From contig JBHLRP010000026.1 of NCBI GenBank assembly GCA_048882485.1, positions 1 through 46,360 on the forward strand: a DNA stretch of 46,360 nucleotides, read 5' to 3'. The DNA comes from Candidatus Thorarchaeota archaeon. GTDB lineage: Archaea; Asgardarchaeota; Thorarchaeia; Thorarchaeales; Thorarchaeaceae. Shown here piece after piece: positions 19,210 through 28,465 of this stretch. A program made the position numbers and the translations under genes. Positions within the stretch are counted from its first letter, which is position 1. Each line of letters opens with the position of its first letter. The notes under the pieces were generated by a model that was not told the origin of the DNA, did no database searches, and saw only the letters and a list, made by a program, of their open reading frames with translations.

Positions 19210-20403
19210 ATGAACGTCATGCCATGGAGAGAATCGGAAAATCATACCCTAGACCCTACGAGGGTTGCCGTCCTGGGCGCAGGACATGCTGGCAGAGGCC
19301 TTGCCAGTTATCTCTCATTGCATGGATTAGATGTTTCTCTTTACAACCGTACAAAAGATCATGTCAAGGGAATCCTAGAAGCAAATGGAATCCATATGCA
19401 AGGCATTGTCGAAGCCTTTGCACCACTTCAGCTAATCACTGATGACATGGCCTATGCGATTGATGGCAGAAAGCTTCTCATTGTCACTGTTCCAGCCCAG
19501 GCACATACATTCTTTGCTGAAACCATGGGTCCACACCTAGAGGAAGGTCAAACAGTGCTTCTAATGCCAGGTCGAACTGGTGGCGCTCTTGAGTTTGCAA
19601 AAGTCTTGAGTGATAATTCGTACGGGGACGGCATTCTGTTGGGAGAGGCTCAGACGTTCAGTCTTGTGTCCAGAACCACTGGCCCGGATTCTGTGCTAGT
19701 TTCTAAGGTCAAGAATTATGTTGAAGTAAGTGCATTTCCAGCGAGTCACAATCGTCAGCTTGTGAATGCTTTCAATCGGCTTCCACTCACATTTCAGATG
19801 GTTGACGATGTCATGGACACCAGCCTCAACAATATAGGTGCAATGTTGCACCCGACTCCCACCATTCTCTGTGCTGGTCTCCTAGAGTCAAAGAAAGGCG
19901 GATACAACCATTATCATGATGCAATCTCAAAGACTGTAGGTAAACTGGTAGAACGAATGGATGCTGAAAGAATCAAGGTGTCACAACAGTTTGTGTCCCA
20001 ACCCATGCCCCTTCTGGAATGGCTAAGAAACACTTACGATGCTGAAGGGAGCACACTGTGTGAATGTATCCGAAGCATTGACACCTATGACGAAGTGGGC
20101 AGTCCTTCATCCCTGGACCATCGTTATGTATTGGAGGATGTGCCCACAGGTCTTGTACCCATCTCTCACTTCGGTAAATTAGCTGGAGTTGAAACTCCTG
20201 CCATAGATGCAGTAATCGACATGGCCTGCCAGCTCTATGAGGTTGATTTCTGGGGGAGTGGAAGAAATCTTGAAACCCTGGGTTTGGAAGGACTGAGCCC
20301 TACTGAGGTTCGAGAATATGTCAGGACTGGGACCATACCTGATTCATATCCTAGCTTTCCTGACCATTGGGACCTTTACGGGTTGGAGGTGGACGAGACA
20401 TGA
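19210..20403 (+). CDS. NAD/NADP octopine/nopaline (opine) dehydrogenase family protein
   Basis: VAVLGAGHAG Rossmann motif, PGRTGGALEF, NNIGAMLHP, HRYVLEDVPTGLVP. Confidence 0.9.
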   Translation: MNVMPWRESENHTLDPTRVAVLGAGHAGRGLASYLSLHGLDVSLYNRTKDHVKGILEANGIHMQGIVEAFAPLQLITDDMAYAIDGRKLLIVTVPAQAHTFFAETMGPHLEEGQTVLLMPGRTGGALEFAKVLSDNSYGDGILLGEAQTFSLVSRTTGPDSVLVSKVKNYVEVSAFPASHNRQLVNAFNRLPLTFQMVDDVMDTSLNNIGAMLHPTPTILCAGLLESKKGGYNHYHDAISKTVGKLVERMDAERIKVSQQFVSQPMPLLEWLRNTYDAEGSTLCECIRSIDTYDEVGSPSSLDHRYVLEDVPTGLVPISHFGKLAGVETPAIDAVIDMACQLYEVDFWGSGRNLETLGLEGLSPTEVREYVRTGTIPDSYPSFPDHWDLYGLEVDET

Positions 20404-22073
20404 GAATCTTGGGCGCTGCCATTGGAAGCTGTGTCCATGTAGCAGGTGTTCTTAGATTCTTATCACTTGCAGAAAAAGAAGGACATGAAACTATCTTCTT
20501 AGGACCCACAATCCAAATTGAGAATCTAATAGACCAGACCAAGAGATACGACCCTGATGTTATTGGGGTGAGCTACCGACTCACCGCAGATAGCGCTGTG
20601 GGCCTTCTCGAGAACATGAAAAAGGCTGTAATAGAAAGCGGTCTGGAAAGGAAGAGATGGATTCTAGGTTGCACAGCACCTGTCAAGTCCATTGCGGAAC
20701 GAACTGGACTGTTTGAAGCAATATTCACTGGCTTTTCTACTGATGAAGATTCACTAGCCTTTCTCAGAGGCCACTCGCACATGGAAACAGACGAGAAGCA
20801 CCCTCAAGACGTGATGACACGAATCGCCATGAAGAGCCCAATACCCCTTATCCGGCACCATTTCGGTCTACCATCACTAGAAGAAACAGTTGATGGGGTG
20901 GCAAGGATAGCAGAGGCTTCAGTTCTGGATGTGATCTCAATTGGTCCAGATCAGAATGCCCAAGAGTCCTTCTTCCGTCCAGATGAGATGAATGGAATCC
21001 TAGAAGGTGATGGAGGTGTTCCACTTAGGGAAGTCGAAGACCTACAGAAACTCTTCCAGGCCTCTCGAAGAGGCAATTTCCCGCTCTTGAGATGCTACAG
21101 TGGCACTCGTGATCTGCTATCCTGGGCAAAGATGCTAAAGGACACCATAAGCAATGCTTGGTGTGCCACACCTCTGATGTGGTATAGCGAACTAGATGGA
21201 AGAAGCAAAAGACACCTTGAACAAGCAATTCGAGAGAACCAAGAGAATCATAGATGGCACGCAAAACATGATATCCCTCTCGAAATCAACGAGTCCCACC
21301 ACTGGAGCTTGAGAAATGCCCATGATACAATTGCAGTTGCGATGGCATTTCTGTCAGCCTATAATGCTAAATCAGTCGGCATTAGACACTATGTTTCACA
21401 GTACATGTTAAACACCCCGCTTGGAACTTCTCCGAAGATGGACCTTGCCAAGATGCTTGCGAAGATAGAGCTGATTGAGTCATTACATGATCACAGTTTT
21501 CTTTCACTAAGGCAAGTCAGACCAGGCCTCTTTTCATATCCCCCAGACCTAGACTCAGGCAAGGGCCAACTTGCATCTTCAATCTATACAGGAATGATGT
21601 TGAAACCCCATATAGTACATGTAGTCGGATTCTGTGAGGCAGACCACGTTGCGACTGCAGAAGAGATCGTTGAAAGCTGCAAGATTGCACGACGGGTCAT
21701 TCATGACTGTCTTCTTGGGACCATGAGTCCATTAGATGACAAAGAAGTCCTAAGAAGAAAGAACGAACTCGTAGAGGAAGCCAAAGTGCTTATCGCCGCT
21801 ATCAATTCACTTGGTGATACATCCTCATCCACCCCTCTAGTTGAACCCTTAACATACGTGCGGGCAGTCGAGATAGGTGTATTGGATGCCCCACACCTGA
21901 GAAACAATCCCATTGCAAAGGGACAGCTCAGAACCAAAATGATTCATGGTGCATGTTTTGCCATAGACCCTAATTCAGGGGTTCCAATTGATGAGAATAC
22001 TAGACTAAGACAACTTGGCCTTGAAATAGAACTTAAGCGTGCATTGAGCCTACCTTATTTCAACAAATTATGA
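20400..22073 (+). CDS. Cobalamin-binding-domain protein with large uncharacterised catalytic domain
   Basis: N-terminal B12 Rossmann domain (GSCVHVAG...FLG...IGVSYRL); ATGA overlap with the opine dehydrogenase stop. Confidence 0.8.
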   Translation: MRILGAAIGSCVHVAGVLRFLSLAEKEGHETIFLGPTIQIENLIDQTKRYDPDVIGVSYRLTADSAVGLLENMKKAVIESGLERKRWILGCTAPVKSIAERTGLFEAIFTGFSTDEDSLAFLRGHSHMETDEKHPQDVMTRIAMKSPIPLIRHHFGLPSLEETVDGVARIAEASVLDVISIGPDQNAQESFFRPDEMNGILEGDGGVPLREVEDLQKLFQASRRGNFPLLRCYSGTRDLLSWAKMLKDTISNAWCATPLMWYSELDGRSKRHLEQAIRENQENHRWHAKHDIPLEINESHHWSLRNAHDTIAVAMAFLSAYNAKSVGIRHYVSQYMLNTPLGTSPKMDLAKMLAKIELIESLHDHSFLSLRQVRPGLFSYPPDLDSGKGQLASSIYTGMMLKPHIVHVVGFCEADHVATAEEIVESCKIARRVIHDCLLGTMSPLDDKEVLRRKNELVEEAKVLIAAINSLGDTSSSTPLVEPLTYVRAVEIGVLDAPHLRNNPIAKGQLRTKMIHGACFAIDPNSGVPIDENTRLRQLGLEIELKRALSLPYFNKL

Positions 22074-22111
22074 TACTCATATTTGCATCATATGAAGACA
22101 AGTAGCTTCTC

Positions 22112-22163
22112 TGGACTGTAGATCCATCAGTTGCCGGTTTAAATCCAGCTGTCCCGACCATCT
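22112..22163 (+). repeat. Second copy of the tRNA-Tyr 3' half (48/52 identical)
   Basis: tggactgtagatccatcagttgccggtttaaatccagctgtcccgaccatct versus 16847..16898. Confidence 0.93.
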
Positions 22164-22237
22164 CTCGTTTCTAAATCTCTTTTACAAACCTCATTTGTTA
22201 TAAGGAGGTATACTATCGTTAATATCGAGAGAGCAGA

Positions 22238-23428
22238 ATGAAGCCTGTTGAGATTGTAAAGGATGTCTACTGGGTTGGTGCAATTGACTATGATATACGA
22301 AACTTCCATGGATTTAGCTATACCACGCATCATGGGACCACGTACAATGCTTACCTCATAGTTGACAAGAAAGTCGCGCTTGTCGATACAGTTCTTAGTT
22401 CCTTCTCTGAAGAAATGCTCTCCAGAGTATCAGAGGTCATCGACCCTGAGAAAATCGACTATATGGTCTCAAATCATACAGAGATGGACCACTCCGGTGC
22501 TATACCTGATGCCCTGAAGGTCATGAAGAATGCAAGGCTCGTCTGTACCCCCAAAGCTGTTGATGAGTTCAAGAAGCACTACGCTGATGGATGGGACATT
22601 CACACTGTGAAGACTGGGGACGAGATAGACCTCGGAAGAAAAACGCTCAGATTTTACGAGGCTCCCATGTTACATTGGCCTGAGTCTATGTTCACCTACT
22701 ACGTAGAAGAGGAAGTACTCCTGCCGAACGATGCCTTCGGGCAGCACTATGCCACTGACAAACGATTTGCTGATGAGGTCGACCAGTATACTCTTTGGAA
22801 AGAGGCTGAGAAATACTATGCAAACATCCTATGGCCATTGAGTCGAATGGTACAACGAAAGATCGAAGAAGTGATTGAGCTTGGTCTTCCAATCAAAATC
22901 ATCGCTCCCTCCCATGGACTAATCTGGCGAAAGGATCCACTGCAAATTGCCACTAGGTACCTGGAGTGGGCCAAGGGAGAGCGATTACAAGACAAAGTAG
23001 TGATTACCTGGGACACAATGTGGCAAAGCACAACAAAGCTAGCCCGTGCAATTGCAGAAGGGATTAGTAGTCAGGGACTAACCCCCCTGCTGAAACTCAT
23101 ACCGCATAGTGATAGGAGCGATATAATGGCAGAGCTTCTAGAGGCAAGAGGGATAATTGTAGGAAGCTCCACCCTTCATAATGATATTCTGCCCACTGTG
23201 GCTCCGATTCTCTCAGATTTTGAGGTATTGAAACCCAGAGGAAAGAAGGCAGCTGCATTTGGGTCCTTCGGATGGGCCGGTGGTGCCGTGAAGAGAATCC
23301 AAGAAGCAATGGAAAAAGGAAAGATGGAAATTGTAATGGACCCTTTCACTGTGAAATGGGTGCCTACAGAAGCGGAACTCAACCAAGCGGTCCAATATGG
23401 AGTGGATTTCGCGAAGAAGGTGAAATAG
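22238..23428 (+). CDS. fprA: Flavodiiron protein (FprA / A-type flavoprotein)
   Basis: GTTYNAYL, NHTEMDHSG, LHWP, DAFGQH, APSHG, plus a C-terminal flavodoxin domain (FGSFGW). Confidence 0.93.
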   Translation: MKPVEIVKDVYWVGAIDYDIRNFHGFSYTTHHGTTYNAYLIVDKKVALVDTVLSSFSEEMLSRVSEVIDPEKIDYMVSNHTEMDHSGAIPDALKVMKNARLVCTPKAVDEFKKHYADGWDIHTVKTGDEIDLGRKTLRFYEAPMLHWPESMFTYYVEEEVLLPNDAFGQHYATDKRFADEVDQYTLWKEAEKYYANILWPLSRMVQRKIEEVIELGLPIKIIAPSHGLIWRKDPLQIATRYLEWAKGERLQDKVVITWDTMWQSTTKLARAIAEGISSQGLTPLLKLIPHSDRSDIMAELLEARGIIVGSSTLHNDILPTVAPILSDFEVLKPRGKKAAAFGSFGWAGGAVKRIQEAMEKGKMEIVMDPFTVKWVPTEAELNQAVQYGVDFAKKVK

Positions 23429-23431
23429 AAT

Positions 23432-24367
23432 TTGACTGATACAGAAATGGAATATGATGTCTCTATTGTTGGAGGAGGTCCTGCAGGACTGTCTGCAGGA
23501 ATCATAGCTGCATACAAGGGCCTCAAGACAATTGTTTTTGAAGGTGGCACTTGGGGCGGTCTTTTGTCCACAATCTACCCATACAAGCATGTGTTTAACT
23601 ACCCTGGCACACCGAGAGTATTAGCCACGCATCTGGTCGCCGAATGGGTCCGTCAAGCCGCGGATTTAGGAGTTCTCCTTGTCAAAGAACGTGTCACCGA
23701 GATTACCAAGGATCGTAATATAGTCACAACTGAGGGTGAATACAAATCGAAAGTTGTGATCATCGCAACTGGTATGCGTCCAAACATTTTGGGAATCCCT
23801 GGTGAGATTGAATTCTCTAGAAAGGGCCGGGGTGTGTTTCCGTATTTGTCAGACCCCGAACTCTTTCGTGATAAGAAGGTGTTAATCATAGGGGGTGGTG
23901 ATACAGCACTGGATGCTGTTGTAGATGCACACGAAGTGACTGATGAGATTTGGATTGCACACAGAAAAGATGAGTTTAGGGCGGCGGAAACAACAGTTGA
24001 TAAGATTCTGACTGAGAAGATGGCTGAGGTTCTTTACAACACTGAACTTCAGGAGATTAGAGGCGACTCAGAGGTTGAAGAAGTCACTCTTCTCAATAAT
24101 CAGACTGGAAAGAAGTATGACATGGCTATAGATCGCGTCATAATCGCTGTTGGTCTAGTCCCGAACACAGAAGTGTTTGAACATTTAGGTCTGAAAATGA
24201 ATGGCCGCTATGTTGTCGTTGACCATGAAATGAGAACAAGCGTGGAAGGCATTTTTGCTGCGGGAGATATCATTTCAGTATACCAGTTAGCCTCAGTGGC
24301 TGCAGCTCAGGGAGCACTTGCTGCCCACAATGCCTACAAGTATATTCGAAAACCGTACTGGTCATGA
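23432..24367 (+). CDS. TrxB-fold NAD(P)/FAD oxidoreductase without CxxC (ferredoxin/flavodoxin-NADP reductase-like)
   Basis: GGGPAG, IIATG, GGGDTA, HRKDEFRA, TSVEGIFAAGD; GVFPYLSD occupies the CxxC site. Confidence 0.85.
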   Translation: MTDTEMEYDVSIVGGGPAGLSAGIIAAYKGLKTIVFEGGTWGGLLSTIYPYKHVFNYPGTPRVLATHLVAEWVRQAADLGVLLVKERVTEITKDRNIVTTEGEYKSKVVIIATGMRPNILGIPGEIEFSRKGRGVFPYLSDPELFRDKKVLIIGGGDTALDAVVDAHEVTDEIWIAHRKDEFRAAETTVDKILTEKMAEVLYNTELQEIRGDSEVEEVTLLNNQTGKKYDMAIDRVIIAVGLVPNTEVFEHLGLKMNGRYVVVDHEMRTSVEGIFAAGDIISVYQLASVAAAQGALAAHNAYKYIRKPYWS

Positions 24368-24380
24368 ATCTCATCGGTAT

Positions 24381-24515
24381 CTACTGCGGTACATTATTGG
24401 CTACACATGTTTCTGTCAATACATCACACTTGCATTTCTGACATTCACTCTCAAAGTCATCATGGTTTTCACGAATGTGTCTGCATTCACAAAGATCGAA
24501 CGAAACTCTAATCAT
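24381..24515 (-). CDS. 44-aa Cys/His mini zinc-finger protein, copy 1 (not in ORF track)
   Basis: MIRVSFDLCECRHIRENHDDFESECQKCKCDVLTETCVANNVPQ; ATGA overlap with the upstream ORF; paralog at 34041..34163. Confidence 0.65.
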   Translation of the reverse strand: MIRVSFDLCECRHIRENHDDFESECQKCKCDVLTETCVANNVPQ

Positions 24516-24694
24516 TTCATCATTTCTGCGGACTTATGATAGGAAAGAATCTCGTCTTTTAAGTTACGGATCTGATTCTTTTTCTTTGCCAAATTCTTTG
24601 ATAGCTCTTGGTGTAACATTCCTAGCATTCTATGTGGTCTATATCCTTTAATCACACGGCTTCTCTTATATCCGGTTTCAGAGTTTATCCCCAT
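24512..24694 (-). CDS. 60-aa microprotein, paralog of 34160..34348
   Basis: Shared INS..GY.R.RV..GY.PHR.L.ML.Q motif. Confidence 0.6.
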   Translation of the reverse strand: MGINSETGYKRSRVIKGYRPHRMLGMLHQELSKNLAKKKNQIRNLKDEILSYHKSAEMMK

Positions 24695-24734
24695 TTTTTC
24701 ATTCTTAATATTCTGTTCTTATTAGAATCATATC

Positions 24735-24883
24735 TTACAGACTGAATATGTGATTTCCGAAAAGCAGACATCCCAAATACTAGAAAATAGGTTCTGGTTT
24801 CAATCCCTTCTTTGCTAGCTTGTCTTTTCCATTCTCACTTTGTAGAAGATGCCACTTTCTTGCGGGTTAATAGAATCAGGTAT
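24735..24883 (-). pseudogene. Decayed copy of the 49-aa ORF at 34383..34532
   Basis: Aligns at DNA level but has ATG>ATA, a 1-nt frameshift and TGG>TAG. Confidence 0.55.
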
Positions 24884-25179
24884 TTGCCTTACCCCTTACT
24901 TGCTGTAGACTGATGTTTATATGCCCTCTCGAGATAATAGTGATGAAAGGGCGCACTAAATGACGATTATTCCGGGGAATACGGAACGCCGCATATGAGT
25001 TCGTTCTGGAGTTTGCTTAGTCTACCCTGTGGTAAGTGTATGATTTCGGAACTGACACCTTCAGAAGCAATTCCCGAAATTGGAAGTAAATATTCGGGAA
25101 TGATTGCGTGGCTTAGTCCTGACTCTAATCAAGTCTTGACGCATAGATATGCCTTAGTTCTATTCAAACACCAATTGTA

Positions 25180-26151
25180 ATGATGAGGAACAAAATAATG
25201 CCATCCAGCACAAATACAGAGAGCAAAGATCCACACAGTGATAATACTTCCTTCTCATGTCCCGAGTGTTCTGGAACCCATGTCATCCAGAGGAGAAGAA
25301 CTGGTGAGAGAGTGTGTGCCCAGTGTGGTCTCGTTGTAAGCGAGAAACAGATTGACTCAGGTCCTGAATGGAGGGCCTTCACCGCCGAGGAGCGACGTGC
25401 CCGGGCACGGACCGGGGCACCTACAAGGTATACAATCCATGACAAAGGGCTCTCAACTACAATTGACTGGCGGAACCGTGATTCCTCTGGGAGGAAACTG
25501 TCGGCAAAGAGAAGGTCTGAGATTCATCGTCTTAGAAAATGGCAGATTCGGAGTCGAATACATAGCTCAAATGAAAGAAACCTCATTCAAGCACTGACCG
25601 AACTGGATAGAATTGCATCACAGCTTGAACTGAAGAAGAGCATCAAGGATCTTGCCGCTATGATCTACAGGAAGGCCCTTATGCGCAGGGCAACACGTAC
25701 CAGACCAATTGATGCAATGGTTGCAGCTGTCATTTATGCGGCATGTCGACTTAGACATATTCCTCGATCCCTAAAAGAGATTGCAAAGCAGTCAAGAATT
25801 GACTGGAAGAAAATCGGACGGCATTATCGGCTTTTAGCAAAGAGAATGAATTTGAAGATGCCTGTACCTGACCCCTTGAATTATGTTCCAAAGATATTAT
25901 CAGAACTGAAGCTGCCGGGAAGCATGCAAGAAACAGTTTTTGAAATACTTCAGGAGGCAAAGGAGAATCCAAGTTTGGTCACTGGGAAGGATCCACGAGG
26001 TCTGGCCGCAGGTGCCATCTATATTGCGTCAATCTTGACAGATAACAGGGTGACGCAACGGAATATAGCTAGGGCCTCTGGTGTCACAGAGGTCACTGTT
26101 CGTAATCGTTACAAGGAACTTGTAAGAGAGCTTGAGATTGCCCCTGCATGA
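25180..26151 (+). CDS. tfb: Transcription initiation factor IIB, paralog 1
   Basis: CPEC...CAQCG Zn ribbon, GPEWRAF, HDKGLSTTIDW, two cyclin repeats, VTEVTVRNRYKEL. Confidence 0.96.
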   Translation: MMRNKIMPSSTNTESKDPHSDNTSFSCPECSGTHVIQRRRTGERVCAQCGLVVSEKQIDSGPEWRAFTAEERRARARTGAPTRYTIHDKGLSTTIDWRNRDSSGRKLSAKRRSEIHRLRKWQIRSRIHSSNERNLIQALTELDRIASQLELKKSIKDLAAMIYRKALMRRATRTRPIDAMVAAVIYAACRLRHIPRSLKEIAKQSRIDWKKIGRHYRLLAKRMNLKMPVPDPLNYVPKILSELKLPGSMQETVFEILQEAKENPSLVTGKDPRGLAAGAIYIASILTDNRVTQRNIARASGVTEVTVRNRYKELVRELEIAPA

Positions 26152-26196
26152 TGAGAAGATGGAATCAAAGATCACCTACATACGTTTCTCATTCTG

Positions 26197-26736
26197 CTAA
26201 TCTCCATAGCCCAAACTTCGTTTCAAATGAGAATCGATCTTGTCAAACACAATTCTACAAGGGGTTGGCAGCTTAGGTGCCGCTCTTTTCAAGGCAGTTC
26301 TTGCATGTTTGATGCCCTTCTCATTGCACCTTATTGATATGATAGGTTGCCTTGGTTTTATCCTAGCTGCTCGTCCGATGACCTTTCCAAATGCCAACCG
26401 CATACCATCCTGTACACGATCTGCACCCGCACCTGTAATCATCTTGTTCTCGCGAATGAAATGATGCGGCTTGACTCTTACTCTCAAATGATAACTCTGT
26501 CTACCAACACGTCTTGTCATATATCGATTGGAAGCGATACGCGCTGCCTCAAGTGCCTGATGTCTAATCTGACATCTTTCAAGTCCAATTAAGGACATCT
26601 TTACATCAAATTCGCCTGCCGTATTGCCCATATCGAAGCTTGTGATTTTGCTCGGCGGTCTACGATGTATATACTGCTCTCTTGTGTATGGAGGACGATC
26701 ACATTCCCTATAACAACTAGCTGGGCGCTTGCCCAT
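26197..26736 (-). CDS. rpl10e: Ribosomal protein L10e (uL16)
   Basis: MGKRPASCYR, ALEAARI, RENKMITGAGADRVQDGMRLAFGK, KLP. Confidence 0.97.
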   Translation of the reverse strand: MGKRPASCYRECDRPPYTREQYIHRRPPSKITSFDMGNTAGEFDVKMSLIGLERCQIRHQALEAARIASNRYMTRRVGRQSYHLRVRVKPHHFIRENKMITGAGADRVQDGMRLAFGKVIGRAARIKPRQPIISIRCNEKGIKHARTALKRAAPKLPTPCRIVFDKIDSHLKRSLGYGD

Positions 26737-26786
26737 GATTTATCAGTCCCAGTCTTGACAATCTAATGTCAATCGTAAGCATAGTA

Positions 26787-27890
26787 TCACTCTTTCAAGT
26801 CATCTAGCCAGGTTGCATCTTTGTCCAACTCTCGAGTGAATATTCTCTCTTGATCGCCAGAGTTCTTTGCTTGTTGATACTTGAAGAGAAATCTCCCATT
26901 CATTATTCCAAGAATCTCAATCTTACCAGTAGGGTGTGACATTATGTAGCGGAACCGTTTGCTATGACCATTGAGCAGTTTCTTTGCGTCCTCAATAATC
27001 CCGTGTCCGTCATAGAGTGGCACCTGAAATGTCTTCTTTACCCTTGCTACGGGACGACACTGAAACACATAGTATGGATTGACACGAATGCTGACAAGTT
27101 TGTTCTGAAGCCCAGCCAAAACAGCTGGGTTGTCATTGACTCCTTTTAGGAGCACAGTCTGATTATTTACAACTATCCCAGCTGACATAAGCCTGTTAAT
27201 GGCAGCGATTGATTCCTTTGTCACTTCTCTGGGATGATTGTATTGTGTTACCACAAACAGCCTTCTGGATTTTTCCGAATACTCCCTCAAAAGCTCAATG
27301 AGCTCATCATCATCTAGTATCCGCTTTGGATAGGTGACTGGCACTCGTGAACCAAACCTGATGAAGTCTAAATGAGGGATATCTGAAAGCGCTTCGAGAA
27401 GAGTTCCAATTCGAGTTGTATTGAGAGTGAAAGGGTCACCGCCAGTGATCAATACGTTGTTGATTTCTTCATGTTCCATGATATATGCAACAGCGGCATC
27501 AACGTCTCTCAGAACCTCTTGACTAGGCAGTCCTACTAACCTCTTTCTGAAACAATGACGGCAGTACATTGCACATTCAGCGGTGGCGAGAATTACTGCA
27601 GTCTGTTTGTACTTATGCTGCAAGCCAGGTTGAATCGTGTTGGAAAGCTCTCCGCTAGTGTCGTATGATCCTTCTGCAATTGATTCAGTGCTACTAGGAA
27701 GAGCCATTTTTCTTATTGGATCCTCTGGATCTTCTTCATCTATTAAGGAGAGATAATACTCAGGAACACGAATTGGATGTATCTCACTCAACCGCTCGAG
27801 AACTTTTTCCTCGGGTTCAGTAAGATCCAAGATTTCTCCGAGATCATGAGCGGAGGTGATTAGTTCACCTCGGTCTAGAGGATGGCTCAA
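26787..27890 (-). CDS. KamA-family radical SAM / PLP aminomutase-like protein
   Basis: GLQHKY, CAMYCRHCFRKR, ITGGDP, NQTVLLKGVND, PYYVFQC, SHPTGKIEI. Confidence 0.9.
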   Translation of the reverse strand: MSHPLDRGELITSAHDLGEILDLTEPEEKVLERLSEIHPIRVPEYYLSLIDEEDPEDPIRKMALPSSTESIAEGSYDTSGELSNTIQPGLQHKYKQTAVILATAECAMYCRHCFRKRLVGLPSQEVLRDVDAAVAYIMEHEEINNVLITGGDPFTLNTTRIGTLLEALSDIPHLDFIRFGSRVPVTYPKRILDDDELIELLREYSEKSRRLFVVTQYNHPREVTKESIAAINRLMSAGIVVNNQTVLLKGVNDNPAVLAGLQNKLVSIRVNPYYVFQCRPVARVKKTFQVPLYDGHGIIEDAKKLLNGHSKRFRYIMSHPTGKIEILGIMNGRFLFKYQQAKNSGDQERIFTRELDKDATWLDDLKE

Positions 27891-28060
27891 GAGCCTGCAC
27901 CCTCAATGGGTTCCCTTGCGGGTTCTGTAGACATCCTTGAGATAATCGCCATCTTTCGTTCGATATCATACCATTCAGTTATTGGTATCCTGGCTGCCAA
28001 TCTTTCTCTATCATCTACAGCAGGAGTTTCATCCTCCTCTTTTCTATCATCTTCTCTCAT
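27887..28060 (-). CDS. 57-aa microprotein with PITEWYDIER motif, coupled to the KamA gene (not in ORF track)
   Basis: MREDDRKEEDETPAVDDRERLAARIPITEWYDIERKMAIISRMSTEPAREPIEGAGS; its TGA overlaps the TTG start of KamA; paralog at 33548..33709. Confidence 0.7.
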   Translation of the reverse strand: MREDDRKEEDETPAVDDRERLAARIPITEWYDIERKMAIISRMSTEPAREPIEGAGS

Positions 28061-28465
28061 TTCATACCGCCTCTTTTGCAGGAATAATCGACATTACTTG
28101 GTCAATCAGGATGGGTTCGTTCTGTCGATTCTGCCTTTCCGTATGCTCTCATGATACAAGAGATTGACACTAGGCTTGGTTTTGCCTAACCTGCCAAAGG
28201 TTATTCCTACTTTTTCTTCAGTATTACACGTAAAGCTGCAAGACTGCTTAAAAATTCTGTGTTGCTTATAAGGCCTTAAAAGGTAAAATTAGATTCTATA
28301 AAACTCTCCGCGCCTTTTAAAGGATTATCCTGAGATTTATATGTTCTCCCTTGTACTAGTTAACTAAGTGTTGGATCAAAGAATGGTATTTCCTATGCAA
28401 ATTAGTTCTCGAGAACACGCCAAGTTATCAATTTCTTGCAAAATCCACTTTGTTCAACCAATGTG

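Noticed and set aside
18950-22163. tRNA 3' halves as split (trans-spliced) tRNA genes
   Set aside because: An intact parent gene is adjacent, the copies gather stem-breaking mismatches, and no complementary leader sequences are visible. att-like repeats explain them better.
24372-24378. catcggt next to mini zinc-finger copy 1 as a further att relic
   Set aside because: Only 7 nt; the position parallels the 33993 repeat but cannot be supported.
24735-24883. In-frame TAG/TGA as pyrrolysine or selenocysteine recoding
   Set aside because: The TAG aligns to TGG (Trp) in the intact copy and comes with a frameshift and a lost ATG, which indicates ordinary decay.
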